Assembly: GCA_963664305.2 (NCBI GenBank) | Contig: CAXXLV010000002.1 | Location: forward strand, 416,001 to 480,000 | Source: an uncultured Aliarcobacter sp. | GTDB lineage: Bacteria; Campylobacterota; Campylobacteria; Campylobacterales; Arcobacteraceae | Reading direction: 5' to 3' | DNA: 64,000 nt | In this document: positions 1 through 10,156 of the stretch, in pieces | Layout of the letters: each line of letters opens with the position of its first letter | Numbering within the stretch: the first letter of the stretch is position 1 | Translations under genes and position numbers: made by a program | Notes under the pieces: model-generated | Database searches by the model: none | What the model was told of the DNA's origin: nothing | What the model saw: only the letters and a program-made list of their open reading frames with translations

Positions 1-1248
1 TTTAGCTACATTTGTTTTTGAAAACCCACTTTTTTGAGCTGCTTTTTTAGCTTCTGCTTTTTTAACGCTAAGTTGTTTAGGTCTTGCTTTAAAAAGTCTT
101 GGTTTTTTTTCTGTTGTTTCAAAACCTTCAACTTCAATTCTTGGAATATTTATGATTAACTCTTTTTCTATTTCAATCATAAATTTATAATCTTTTACAC
201 TTAAAAGAGTGATTGCTGTTCCAGCATTTCCTGCACGTCCAGTTCTTCCAATTCTGTGTGTATAATCAGCAATTGTTTCTGGTAATGCAAAGTTTACAAC
301 AACAGGTAAAAGTTCTATATCAATCCCACGTGCTGCAATATCAGTTGCAACTAAAACTCTAATATCACCTGATTTGAATTTTCTTAAAGCTTTTGCCCTT
401 GCAGATTGTCTAACATCTCCATGAATACACTCTGCTGGAAGTCCATCAAGTTCTAAATGTGCTACTAAATCATCTGCTTCTTTTTTCATATTCACAAAAA
501 CTAAAACTTGAGAATAGTTTCTTGAACCAATTAAATATGATAGTAGTTCAGCTTTTTTATCTGCATCAACTAAAACAATTTGTTGTTCAATTATTTTTAC
601 AGTTGAACGTTGACTTGCAACTTCAATTACAACTGGGTCTTGTAAAAACTCTTTTGCAAGTTTTTTTACATTTTGATTCATTGTTGCACTAAACATCATA
701 ATTTGTCTATGAGGTCCTACATTTGGTAAGATTTTTTCAATATCTTCTAAAAATCCCATGTCAAGCATAGTATCAACTTCATCGATTACAACTGTAGTAA
801 CACTTGATAAATCAACAGTTTTATTTTTTAAATGCTCCATCAATCTTCCTGATGTTGCAACTAAAATATCAATACCTTTAGCCAGTTTTCTCTCTTGTTC
901 TTTTGATGAAACTCCACCAAAAACAGCAAGTCTTTCTATTTGTAAATATTTTGCATAATCATCAACAGCTTTTGCTATTTGTGTTGCTAGTTCTCTTGTT
1001 GGAACTAATATTAAAGCTCTTAAAATAGGTAAATTATTTGTTTGCTTTTTTTCAATTAATTCTTCTAAAATTGGTAGTAAAAAAGCTGCTGTTTTTCCTG
1101 TACCACTTTGAGCAGCTGCAAGAATATCTCTCTTTTTTAAAGCCATAGGAATAGCTTTTTTTTGGATTTCAGTTGGCTCTTTGTAATCTAAATCTTCTAT
1201 TGCTTTTATAATTTTTTCATTTAAATCTAATGATGTAAAAGTTTTAAT
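1..1248 (-). CDS. DEAD-box RNA helicase (RhlE-like), 3' end runs off the window; probable ATT start
   Basis: Manual minus-strand translation gives Q motif (F..LDL...PTEIQ), AQSGTGKT, LVPTRELA, TSGRL, DEVD, SAT, ATDIAARGID and YTHRIGRTGRAG. Missing from the ORF track because the stop lies outside the window. ATT at 1248-1246 is 6 nt after AAAGGA. Confidence 0.93.
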   Translation of the reverse strand, partial: MKTFTSLDLNEKIIKAIEDLDYKEPTEIQKKAIPMALKKRDILAAAQSGTGKTAAFLLPILEELIEKKQTNNLPILRALILVPTRELATQIAKAVDDYAKYLQIERLAVFGGVSSKEQERKLAKGIDILVATSGRLMEHLKNKTVDLSSVTTVVIDEVDTMLDMGFLEDIEKILPNVGPHRQIMMFSATMNQNVKKLAKEFLQDPVVIEVASQRSTVKIIEQQIVLVDADKKAELLSYLIGSRNYSQVLVFVNMKKEADDLVAHLELDGLPAECIHGDVRQSARAKALRKFKSGDIRVLVATDIAARGIDIELLPVVVNFALPETIADYTHRIGRTGRAGNAGTAITLLSVKDYKFMIEIEKELIINIPRIEVEGFETTEKKPRLFKARPKQLSVKKAEAKKAAQKSGFSKTNVAK

Positions 1249-1377
1249 AAGAAGTCCTTTTATCTTAATTTTATTAGATTATATCTAAAAGTAGATTAGT
1301 TTTAAATTTAGGCTTCTTTAACTTCAATTTAGCTAATATAAAATACTTATTAAATAAATAATTTGGATAAATAAAAA

Positions 1378-2412
1378 ATGACTGTTAATATAACTTTACC
1401 TCATGATACTTCATACAATATTTTTATAGAAGAATTAAAAGAACTATATTTTGATACAAAAGTTGTGATTGTAACAAATCCAACTGTTAGTGGTTATCAC
1501 TTAGAGTATTTAAAATCAAAATTAAATGCTAAAGAGCTTAGCGTTTGTACAATCCCAGATGGTGAAGAGTATAAAACTATGGAAACAATAGAGTTTATTT
1601 TAGCTCATTGTTTTACTCATAGACTTGATAGAAAATCTTTACTTGTTGCTTTTGGTGGTGGTGTAATTGGAGATATGACTGGATTTGCTGCTTCAATTTA
1701 CCAAAGAGGAATAAATTTTGTACAAATCCCAACAACATTACTTTCACAAGTTGATGCGAGTGTTGGTGGGAAAACTGGAATAAACAATAAATTTGGAAAA
1801 AATTTAATTGGTGCATTTCATCAGCCAATAGCTGTTTATATTGACCCATCTATGCTTAAAACTTTACCAAAAAGAGAGTTTGGAGCAGGTGTTGCTGAAA
1901 TTGTAAAAATGGCAGTAACTTTTAATAAAGATTTTTTTGAGTGGCTTGAAACAAATGATTTAAATGATGAAAAAAATATTCAAATAGCTATTGCTAAATC
2001 AGTTGAAACAAAAGCAAATGTAGTTTCTCAAGATGAAAAAGAGTTAGGAATAAGAGCTGCACTTAATTATGGTCATACTTTTGGACATGTAATTGAAAAT
2101 GAAACAAATTATAAAACTTATTTACATGGTGAAGCTGTAGGAATTGGTATGTGTATGGCAAATGCTTTAGCTGTAAAATTAGGTTTTATGACAATAGAAG
2201 AAGAAATTAGAGTTAAAAATTTACTTGAAAAATATGAAATCCCTACAACTTATAAAATTAAAGATGTAGAAGATTTTTATGAGCATTTTTTCTTAGATAA
2301 AAAATCTTTGGATAATAAAATCAAGTTTATTTTACCTGTGGGGATTGGTGATTGTAAAATTACTAATGAAGTTACGAAAGAAGACGTTATTGAAATTTTA
2401 AAAGGTTTTTAA
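1378..2412 (+). CDS. aroB: 3-dehydroquinate synthase
   Basis: GGGVIGDMTGF, PTTLLSQVDASVGGKTG, LNYGHTFGH and HGEAV motifs. Confidence 0.97.
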   Translation: MTVNITLPHDTSYNIFIEELKELYFDTKVVIVTNPTVSGYHLEYLKSKLNAKELSVCTIPDGEEYKTMETIEFILAHCFTHRLDRKSLLVAFGGGVIGDMTGFAASIYQRGINFVQIPTTLLSQVDASVGGKTGINNKFGKNLIGAFHQPIAVYIDPSMLKTLPKREFGAGVAEIVKMAVTFNKDFFEWLETNDLNDEKNIQIAIAKSVETKANVVSQDEKELGIRAALNYGHTFGHVIENETNYKTYLHGEAVGIGMCMANALAVKLGFMTIEEEIRVKNLLEKYEIPTTYKIKDVEDFYEHFFLDKKSLDNKIKFILPVGIGDCKITNEVTKEDVIEILKGF

Positions 2413-2413
2413 A

Positions 2414-4159
2414 TTGATTAAAAAATTAGGAATATTATTACTTTTTGTATGTTTTTCAATCGCAGCAGAAGATATTACTGATGTTGTAGATAAAAAAGAT
2501 AAAGCTGAAGTTAAAAAAATTGAACAAAATATTATAAAAGAAAAAGCAATAGAAGCTCAAAAACTTGAAGAAGAAAAAAGAATTCAAGAAATCCAAGAGC
2601 AAAAACAAAAAGAATTAAATATGCAAAATATGGCACAAATAAATATTTTGCTTGATAAAATTGCAAGAATTGAGGCTGAATTAAAAGATAATATTTTATT
2701 AAAAAGATATTCTAACTATTTATCTTATAGTAAGATTTCTACAGAACTTGAAAGTTTAAAAGATAGTTTAAAAAAGAAAGCAAATACAACTGATGAACAA
2801 GTGTATCAATTACACAATAAAATTCGTGTAAAAGAGAACGAGTTAGAGTTAATTGATGAGTATAAAGGTTCACCAATTGGAGCTTTGATAAATCCACCTG
2901 AAATTGAAAAATATGAAAATATTACAAATCCATTTGGAATAATCAATGCTTTATCACAAATTAAAAAATTAGAAAACAATAAAAAACAATTTAAAAGTTT
3001 AGATTTAGAAATAGATTCATTAACTACAAAACTTGAAGAAGAACTTGTAATTTATTTGGAATTATTTAATCTTGATTCAAAACCTGAGTATAAAGATAAA
3101 ATCACTTTTTTAGATAAACAGAAAAAAGATTTTTCTATGGTGTTAGATATTGTATCAACAACAGAAGAAGTTTATACAAGAAAAATAGAACAAGTTATTT
3201 TAGAGATACAAAATCAAGTTTCTCAACAAGTACAAAAATTGTTTATTATTTTTACGATTATTGTTGTTTTATCAATAATTACATTTTTGGTAAAACTTAC
3301 ACTTAAAAAATATTTTTCACAAAATGAAAATTATTATATGATAAATAAGATAATCAATTTTACTTTAGTATTTTTGATTGTAATGGTAATTTTATTTTCA
3401 TATATAGATAATGTTTCTTATCTTGTAACAATCTTAGGATTTGCATCTGCCGGGATTGCAATTGCTTTAAAAGATTGGTTTATGTCTATTTTTGGTTGGA
3501 TGGTTATTGTAACATCTGGGTCTATTCAAGTTGGAGATAGAATCAAAGTTAGTAAAGGAAATGTTGAAACTGTTGGAGATGTTTTAGATATCTCTTTATT
3601 TAAAATTACAATTAGAGAAGATATTACTTTAACTTCATATACAACAAATAGAAGAACAGGAAGAATTTTCTTTATTCCAAACAACTATATTTTCTCTGAA
3701 TTAATAGCAAACTATACACATTCAGGTTTAAGAACAGTTTGGGATGGAATTGATATCGCTATTACTTTTGATTCAAACCATAAAAAAGCACAAAAAATTG
3801 CTAGAGATATTTTAAAACATTATTCAAAAGGTTATACAGATATAACAAGAAAACAACTTTCAAAAATGAGAAATAAATATCAATTACGTGCAACTGGAGT
3901 TGAACCAAGAGTATTTACATTTGTTGAACCTCATGGTATTGTAATTTCATCTTGGTATTTAACAAATTCTTATGCAGCACTTGTATTAAGAAGTACGATA
4001 AGTCCAGAAATACTTGATGCGTTTATGAAAGAAGATGATATTCATATTGCATATCCAACTCAACAAATTAATATTAATAGAACAGATAATGCGTATGGTC
4101 CAGCAATGAAAAGTAAAAGAGTTCCAAAAGATTTGGAAGACGAAATAATAAGAAGATAA
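2414..4159 (+). CDS. MscS-family mechanosensitive channel with large periplasmic coiled-coil N-terminus
   Basis: Signal peptide, coiled coil, TM helices, GFASAGIAIALKD, IQVGDRI, IPNN and IAYPTQ. Confidence 0.88.
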   Translation: MIKKLGILLLFVCFSIAAEDITDVVDKKDKAEVKKIEQNIIKEKAIEAQKLEEEKRIQEIQEQKQKELNMQNMAQINILLDKIARIEAELKDNILLKRYSNYLSYSKISTELESLKDSLKKKANTTDEQVYQLHNKIRVKENELELIDEYKGSPIGALINPPEIEKYENITNPFGIINALSQIKKLENNKKQFKSLDLEIDSLTTKLEEELVIYLELFNLDSKPEYKDKITFLDKQKKDFSMVLDIVSTTEEVYTRKIEQVILEIQNQVSQQVQKLFIIFTIIVVLSIITFLVKLTLKKYFSQNENYYMINKIINFTLVFLIVMVILFSYIDNVSYLVTILGFASAGIAIALKDWFMSIFGWMVIVTSGSIQVGDRIKVSKGNVETVGDVLDISLFKITIREDITLTSYTTNRRTGRIFFIPNNYIFSELIANYTHSGLRTVWDGIDIAITFDSNHKKAQKIARDILKHYSKGYTDITRKQLSKMRNKYQLRATGVEPRVFTFVEPHGIVISSWYLTNSYAALVLRSTISPEILDAFMKEDDIHIAYPTQQININRTDNAYGPAMKSKRVPKDLEDEIIRR

Positions 4160-4176
4160 TTAGGAAATAAAGATTT

Positions 4177-5445
4177 ATGAATTTTTCACAAACTAAACCA
4201 AAAGTATATTTTAAAACTTTTGGTTGTAGAACAAATGTATTTGATACACAAGTTATGATGAGTAACTTAAAAGATTTTGAAGTAACACAAGAAGAAAAAG
4301 ATGCTGATGTTGTAGTAATAAATTCTTGTACAGTTACAAATAGTGCAGATAGTACAGCACGTGGTTATATAAACTCTTTAAAAAAACTTCCAAAAACTCC
4401 AAGAGTTGTTTTTACTGGATGTGGAGTTTGGACAAAGGGAGAAACACTTTTTAAAGAAGATAAAGTTGATTCTTTATTTGGGCATTCTGAGAAAGAAAAA
4501 ATCAATGAATTATTACTTCAAGAAGAGAGATTTTTTCAAGCTGGTGATTTAACTCATATTGATGAAACAATCGTTGAAGAGTTTGTTGGTAAAAGTAGGG
4601 CATTTATCAAAATCCAAGAAGGTTGTGATTTTAGATGTTCATATTGTATTATTCCTTATGTAAGGGGAGATGCAAGAAGTTATAGTGAAGATAAAATTTT
4701 AGAACAAGTTACAACATTGGCTGCAAATGGGTTTGGTGAATTTATTTTAACTGGTACAAATGTTGGAAGTTATGGAAAAAAACAACATACAAGTCTTGCA
4801 AAACTTCTTAAAAAAATGGCTTTGATTAAAGGTGTTAGAAGAATTAGAATGGGAAGTATTGAACCTATTCAAATTGATGATGAATTTAAAGAGTTGATAA
4901 ATGAGCCATTTATGGCAAAACATCTTCATATTGCACTTCAACATACTTCTAAAGAGATGTTACAAATTATGAATAGAAGAAATAAGGTTTTATCTGATTT
5001 AGAACTTTTTGAGTTTTTAAGAGATAATGGTTATGCTTTAGGAACTGATTTTATCGTTGGACATCCAGGAGAGACTGAAAAAATATGGAAAGAAGCTATG
5101 GAAAATCTACATAGATTTCCTTTAACTCATGTTCATGCTTTTACTTATTCAAAAAGAGATGGAACACCAAGTGCAACAATGAAACCTGAAATAAAAGGTG
5201 ATATTGCTAAAATAAGATACAATGAATTAGTAAGTATTATTGAGCAAAAAAATTACGATTTTAGAAAAGCTAATACAAAAACTTTAGAAGTTTTAGTTGA
5301 GCAAGAAAAAAATGGTAAGTATATAGGTTTAGATCAATTCTTTAATCAAATTGAAATTGACTCTCCTGTTGATTTAGTTGGAGATTGGGTTTTCTTAGAT
5401 GATTATAAAGTGGAGCTTGAAAAAAATGTTGCGAGATTCAAATAA
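4177..5445 (+). CDS. mtaB: tRNA t6A37 methylthiotransferase MtaB (radical SAM)
   Basis: TFGCRTN, INSCTVT and TGC (UPF0004 domain); CDFRCSYC radical-SAM motif; DFIVGHPGET. Confidence 0.9.
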   Translation: MNFSQTKPKVYFKTFGCRTNVFDTQVMMSNLKDFEVTQEEKDADVVVINSCTVTNSADSTARGYINSLKKLPKTPRVVFTGCGVWTKGETLFKEDKVDSLFGHSEKEKINELLLQEERFFQAGDLTHIDETIVEEFVGKSRAFIKIQEGCDFRCSYCIIPYVRGDARSYSEDKILEQVTTLAANGFGEFILTGTNVGSYGKKQHTSLAKLLKKMALIKGVRRIRMGSIEPIQIDDEFKELINEPFMAKHLHIALQHTSKEMLQIMNRRNKVLSDLELFEFLRDNGYALGTDFIVGHPGETEKIWKEAMENLHRFPLTHVHAFTYSKRDGTPSATMKPEIKGDIAKIRYNELVSIIEQKNYDFRKANTKTLEVLVEQEKNGKYIGLDQFFNQIEIDSPVDLVGDWVFLDDYKVELEKNVARFK

Positions 5446-6898
5446 CGATAAAAATATAGATAAAAATCTTAAATTGATGGCTTTATCAGCGATTGTATTG
5501 CTGATATTATTTGTTTATACAATTTATAAAAGTAGTGCAACAATTCAAGGAAGTTCTTATTATATAGGGATAATATTTCTTTTTGTTCTTCTTTTTTTAG
5601 CACTTTTTTTAAAATTTAAACAAGATAAAATTAGAGCTTTTATAAATAGAAATAAAAAAGGAAATAGTGCCTTTGAAAATGAACTTTCAAAAACTAAAGC
5701 AAAGATTTCAACTGATGATTTAAACTCAAATATTCAAGCAGTTACTTCAAATGTAACTTTTAAAGATATTGCTGGAATAAAAGAGATAAAAGAAGAGCTG
5801 GAAGAGATAGTTGATTTTTTAAATAGTCCTCAAAAATATCTTAAATTTGGAATAAAACTTCCAAAAGGTGTACTTTTAGTTGGACCTCCAGGAGTTGGTA
5901 AAACTCTAATAGCAAGAGCAGTTGCAGGTGAAGCTGATGTTCCATTTTTTTATCAAAGTGGTGCAAGTTTTGTTCATATTTATGTTGGTATGGGTGCAAA
6001 AAAAGTTAGAGAACTTTTCGCAAAAGCAAAACAAAGTGCTCCTGCAATAATATTTATAGATGAAATTGATGCTGTTGGAAAAATGAGAAGTGGAAAATCA
6101 AATGATGAGAGAGAATCAACATTAAATGAACTTCTAACTCAAATGGATGGATTTGATGGAGATAGTGGAGTTATTGTAATAGCTGCAACAAATAAAATAG
6201 AAGTTTTAGATGATGCATTATTACGTGCTGGAAGATTTGATAGACGTGTTCACGTTGGGCTTCCAAATATTGAAGATAGAAAAAGAATTTTAGAATTATA
6301 TTTAAATGGTAAAAACCATGAAATTAATATAGAAAAATTAGTAAATGAAACAGCAGGATTTAGTTCGGCAACACTAGCAACATTAATAAATGAAGCACTT
6401 TTAAATATGATTAAAACAAATAGAAAAATATTAGATAATGATGATATCGAAGTTGCAAAAAATAAACTTGAATTTGGTAAAAAACAGTTAAAAATACTTG
6501 ATGATAAACAAAAAGAGATTTTAGCAATTTATCAAGCAAGCAAGGCATTTATTTCAAAAACAAAAGTTGCATTATTTGATGAAAGTGTTCAAAAATTAAA
6601 TTCGACTTTCCCTTCATATCATGAGTTATGTGAAAATATAAGAAGAGATTTATCTGGATTTATTGGTGTTGAAGTTATTAAAAAAGAAAAATATGCAATT
6701 AACCATGAAGATTTAGAAAATGCTGAAAAAACAGCAACTGAGATAGTAAAAAAATATAAAATGGCAAATTCAGTAGATGAACTTTTAACTAATATCAAAA
6801 ATGATTTAAGAACAGAACTTTCTTCTAATATTGAAGAGATAAATAGATTAAAAGAGATAATGCTTAAAAATGAGGTAATTACTTTTGATGACCTCTAA
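5426..6898 (+). CDS. FtsH-like membrane AAA+ ATPase lacking the HEXXH protease motif
   Basis: Two TMs, GPPGVGKT, IIFIDEID and LLRAGRFDR; the HEXXH position reads YQASK. Start moved to ATG 5426 (GGAG upstream); the track start is 5399. Confidence 0.85.
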   Translation: MLRDSNNDKNIDKNLKLMALSAIVLLILFVYTIYKSSATIQGSSYYIGIIFLFVLLFLALFLKFKQDKIRAFINRNKKGNSAFENELSKTKAKISTDDLNSNIQAVTSNVTFKDIAGIKEIKEELEEIVDFLNSPQKYLKFGIKLPKGVLLVGPPGVGKTLIARAVAGEADVPFFYQSGASFVHIYVGMGAKKVRELFAKAKQSAPAIIFIDEIDAVGKMRSGKSNDERESTLNELLTQMDGFDGDSGVIVIAATNKIEVLDDALLRAGRFDRRVHVGLPNIEDRKRILELYLNGKNHEINIEKLVNETAGFSSATLATLINEALLNMIKTNRKILDNDDIEVAKNKLEFGKKQLKILDDKQKEILAIYQASKAFISKTKVALFDESVQKLNSTFPSYHELCENIRRDLSGFIGVEVIKKEKYAINHEDLENAEKTATEIVKKYKMANSVDELLTNIKNDLRTELSSNIEEINRLKEIMLKNEVITFDDL

Positions 6899-7403
6899 AA
6901 ATTATTTTTCTGGTTTTTGTTTTTATGAAGAATCAGAACTTTTTGATGAATATATTATAAGAAATGATTTTACAATTTCTGGTTTTTCTTATGGAGCTAT
7001 AAAGGCTTTTGAAGAAGCTTTAAACACACAAGATAGAGTTGATAAGCTTCAACTCTTTTCTCCTGCATTTTTTCAAAATTTCGATGAAAAATTTAAAAGA
7101 ACTCAACTTATGTATTTCAAAAAAGATGCAAATTCTTATGTCGAAACTTTTTTAAATAATGTAGTTTATCCATCAAATAAAGATATTTCAAAATATTTTA
7201 AACTAGGAACAATTGAAGAACTAGAAGAACTTTTAACTTATGTTTGGGATGAAGAAAAACTTCAAAAATTAGTTGATAAAGGAACTATAATTGAAGTTTA
7301 TTTAGGAGCTGATGATAAAATAATTGATTCTTTAAAAGTAAAAGAGTTTTTTCAAAAATTTGCAACAATATATTATATAAAAGAGAAAGGACATTTATTA
7401 TGA
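6885..7403 (+). CDS. bioV: Pimeloyl-ACP methyl ester esterase BioV (alpha/beta hydrolase)
   Basis: YFSGFCF start, GFSYG nucleophile elbow, C-terminal GHLL; position between the ftsH-like gene and mog as in Campylobacterota. Confidence 0.8.
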   Translation: MMTSKNYFSGFCFYEESELFDEYIIRNDFTISGFSYGAIKAFEEALNTQDRVDKLQLFSPAFFQNFDEKFKRTQLMYFKKDANSYVETFLNNVVYPSNKDISKYFKLGTIEELEELLTYVWDEEKLQKLVDKGTIIEVYLGADDKIIDSLKVKEFFQKFATIYYIKEKGHLL

Positions 7404-7936
7404 ATAAAGAAATAGCAAAAATTGGGATAATAACTGCAAGTGATAGAGCAAGTGCAGGAATATATGAAGATTTATCTGGGAAAGCTATTATTGATACATT
7501 AAATAGTTATTTAAAATCTTCTTGGGAACCAGTTTATAGATGTATCGCTGATGATCAAAAAACAATTGAAGATACTATGAAAGATTTAGTAGATAATGAA
7601 AAATGTTGTTTAGTTGTAACAACTGGTGGAACAGGTCCTGCAGCAAGAGATGTTACTCCAGAAGCTACAGAAGCTGTATGTGATAGAATGATGCCAGGAT
7701 TTGGGGAATTAATGAGAGCTGAATCTCTTAAATTTGTTCCAACAGCTATTCTTTCACGTCAAACAGCAGGTTTAAGAGGAAGTTCTTTGATAGTAAATCT
7801 TCCTGGAAAACCAAAATCTATAAAAGAGTGTTTAGATGCAGTTTTCCCTGCAATTCCTTATTGTATTGATTTAATGGAAGGTCCATATTTAGAGTGTGAT
7901 GAAGAAGTTATTAAAGCTTTTAGACCCAAAAAATAG
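7400..7936 (+). CDS. mog: Molybdopterin adenylyltransferase
   Basis: SDRAS, TTGGTGPAARDVTPEAT and NLPGKPKSI motifs. Confidence 0.95.
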   Translation: MNKEIAKIGIITASDRASAGIYEDLSGKAIIDTLNSYLKSSWEPVYRCIADDQKTIEDTMKDLVDNEKCCLVVTTGGTGPAARDVTPEATEAVCDRMMPGFGELMRAESLKFVPTAILSRQTAGLRGSSLIVNLPGKPKSIKECLDAVFPAIPYCIDLMEGPYLECDEEVIKAFRPKK

Positions 7937-7947
7937 AAGGAGAGAGT

Positions 7948-9282
7948 TTGAAAAATATATTTATTTCTATTTTAGTTTCACTTGGATTCTTTTTTATTGC
8001 AAGTTTCTTTTTTGTGACTCAACATGCAATTTTAATAGCATTGATAGCTTTACTTGTAATATTATGGACAAATGAAGCTTTACCAATTGGTGTTGTATCT
8101 TTATTACCAATTATTTTATTTCCAGCATTTGAATTAATTGATGTAAAAACAGCAACAGCCAACTATTCAAATCCAACTATATTTTTATTTATGGGTGGAT
8201 TTATGATAGCAATTGCTACTCAAAAAATAGATTTACATAAATATATTTCAAATAAACTTTTGACAATTTTCCCTAAAACACCAAGGGGAATGATATTTTC
8301 TTTAGCTTTTACTTCTGCACTTTTGAGTTCAGTTTTATCAAATTCTACAACAGCTTTATTGCTTATTCCAATTGCAATCTTTTTAACTGAAGATTTAAAA
8401 TTTAAAGCTAGACTTGCTTTATCAATCGCATATGGATGTAGTATTGGTGGGATTATAACTCCAATTGGAACACCACCAAATCTTATATTATTAGGATTTA
8501 TGCAACAACACTCAATTGAACCAATTGCATTTATCCAATGGATTATTTTAACAGCTCCATTAGCTTTAGTTATGTTGGTAATTATTCCATTACTTTTATC
8601 TATAGGTTTAAGTGATGTAAAACTTGATAATACAGTTGAGCATACAGAAGTTTTACAAAAAGATCAAAAAAGATTATTATATATTTTGTTAGGTTTAGTA
8701 GTTGTATTATTGGTAAACTCAAAAATAGAACCTTATTATTCAGGTTTAGGATTAAATGAAACGGCAATATTATTGAGTTTTGGATTATTGATGTTTGTAC
8801 CAAAAATTGGTTTTATAGAATGGGAAGACGCAAAAAAAATCCCTTATGAAATCATTTTTTTATTTGGTGCAGGATTTACAATAGCAACAGCATTTTCAAA
8901 AACGGGATTAGCTAGTGAAGTTGCAAATTATATGTTATCTTTAACAAATCTACCAGTTATTGTACTTATTTTAATGATTGCAACACTTATTACTTTTACA
9001 ACAGAAATTACATCAAATACAGCTTTAATTTCAATTGCACTGCCAATTATTTACTCTTTAGGACAAGTTGCAAATATAGATATGACTCTAATTTTAATGG
9101 TTGCAACAATTTGTGCAAGTTATGCATTTATGCTTCCAATAGCAACTCCTCCAAATGCAATTGCAATGAGTAGTGGTGCTGTTAAAGTAAAAGAAATGGC
9201 TAAATTTGGTTTTGTTATAAATATATTAGCAATTTTATCTGTAACAATTATTTCATTGATTTACTGGCAATTTTTTATATAA
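7948..9282 (+). CDS. SLC13/DASS family anion:sodium symporter
   Basis: SNSTT, TPIGTPPN, TSNTA and LPIATPPNA motifs; many TMs; TTG start after GGAG. Confidence 0.9.
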   Translation: MKNIFISILVSLGFFFIASFFFVTQHAILIALIALLVILWTNEALPIGVVSLLPIILFPAFELIDVKTATANYSNPTIFLFMGGFMIAIATQKIDLHKYISNKLLTIFPKTPRGMIFSLAFTSALLSSVLSNSTTALLLIPIAIFLTEDLKFKARLALSIAYGCSIGGIITPIGTPPNLILLGFMQQHSIEPIAFIQWIILTAPLALVMLVIIPLLLSIGLSDVKLDNTVEHTEVLQKDQKRLLYILLGLVVVLLVNSKIEPYYSGLGLNETAILLSFGLLMFVPKIGFIEWEDAKKIPYEIIFLFGAGFTIATAFSKTGLASEVANYMLSLTNLPVIVLILMIATLITFTTEITSNTALISIALPIIYSLGQVANIDMTLILMVATICASYAFMLPIATPPNAIAMSSGAVKVKEMAKFGFVINILAILSVTIISLIYWQFFI

Positions 9283-9319
9283 AATCTCAACTTTTATAGG
9301 TTGAGATTTCCTCTTTTTT
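9282..9319 (+). terminator. Intrinsic terminator
   Basis: AAATCTCAAC-N8-GTTGAGATTT hairpin followed by a T-rich tract, right after the SLC13 stop. Confidence 0.75.
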
Positions 9320-9407
9320 CTTCAATTTTAATACTAAATTTATGTGACGTTATATGTGACACCATTTTGTTAAGATATTGTAAATATCTTAATTATGGAA
9401 ATAAATT

Positions 9408-10118
9408 ATGGGAACACATTTATTAGTAAATATTCTTTATGTTTCATTTGCCATTATTAATTCTAGAATAATTTATTTAATAGTTAAAAATCGAAAAATT
9501 GAAATATTAGTTTTATTACTTATAGTTTTTTTACCTTTTAGTGATGTGTTTTTACAAAAAGGAATAAAATCGTATTATGAAATGTATGAAATGAAACCAA
9601 AAATTTATGATTATCCTCAACAAGACCAATATGGAAAAATTGAGAGTTTAGATTTGACTCATAGTTCAGCAATTTGGTTTACAAAATATTTAACTGAAGA
9701 TAATAAATTTAGAACAAATTTATTTTTAAATAGTACTTCATTTGATAATCGAATTAGAGATTTTTTAGAGATAAAAGTTCCTGATTTAGAACAAGGAAAT
9801 AGATATTTAAGAATTAGCTTTGATGGTGATTTAATTAAAACTGAATTTATTGAAAGTGGAACAGCAAGATATAAAATAAATATACAATCAAATAATAGAT
9901 TATTTGGTCTTTATACAGAGATAAAATATCAATTAATAGATAGAAAAAGAGATAATAAACTTTTAGCAGAAGCAATAACTATTATTTTCCCAAATGAAAA
10001 AGATAATTTTAGAAATAAATATCTACTTTGGGGTACAAAAAATGAAGAAATATTTAAAAATGAGAGTATTAACAATAAAGAAATTATTGAAAAATTACTT
10101 GAAGTAGAACATATTTAA
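9408..10118 (+). CDS. Hypothetical membrane-anchored protein
   Basis: 236-aa ORF with two N-terminal hydrophobic segments and GGA upstream; no recognisable motif. Confidence 0.7.
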   Translation: MGTHLLVNILYVSFAIINSRIIYLIVKNRKIEILVLLLIVFLPFSDVFLQKGIKSYYEMYEMKPKIYDYPQQDQYGKIESLDLTHSSAIWFTKYLTEDNKFRTNLFLNSTSFDNRIRDFLEIKVPDLEQGNRYLRISFDGDLIKTEFIESGTARYKINIQSNNRLFGLYTEIKYQLIDRKRDNKLLAEAITIIFPNEKDNFRNKYLLWGTKNEEIFKNESINNKEIIEKLLEVEHI

Positions 10119-10124
10119 AAGTTT

Positions 10125-10154
10125 AAAAAAGGATGAATGTTTTCATCCTCTTTT
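10125..10154. terminator. Bidirectional intrinsic terminator
   Basis: A-tract, GGATGAA/TTCATCC stem and T-rich tail between convergent genes. Confidence 0.7.
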
Positions 10155-10156
10155 AT

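Noticed and set aside
459..958. Plus-strand ORFs 459..692 and 758..958
   Set aside because: They are antisense to the DEAD-box helicase, which carries all the conserved motifs.
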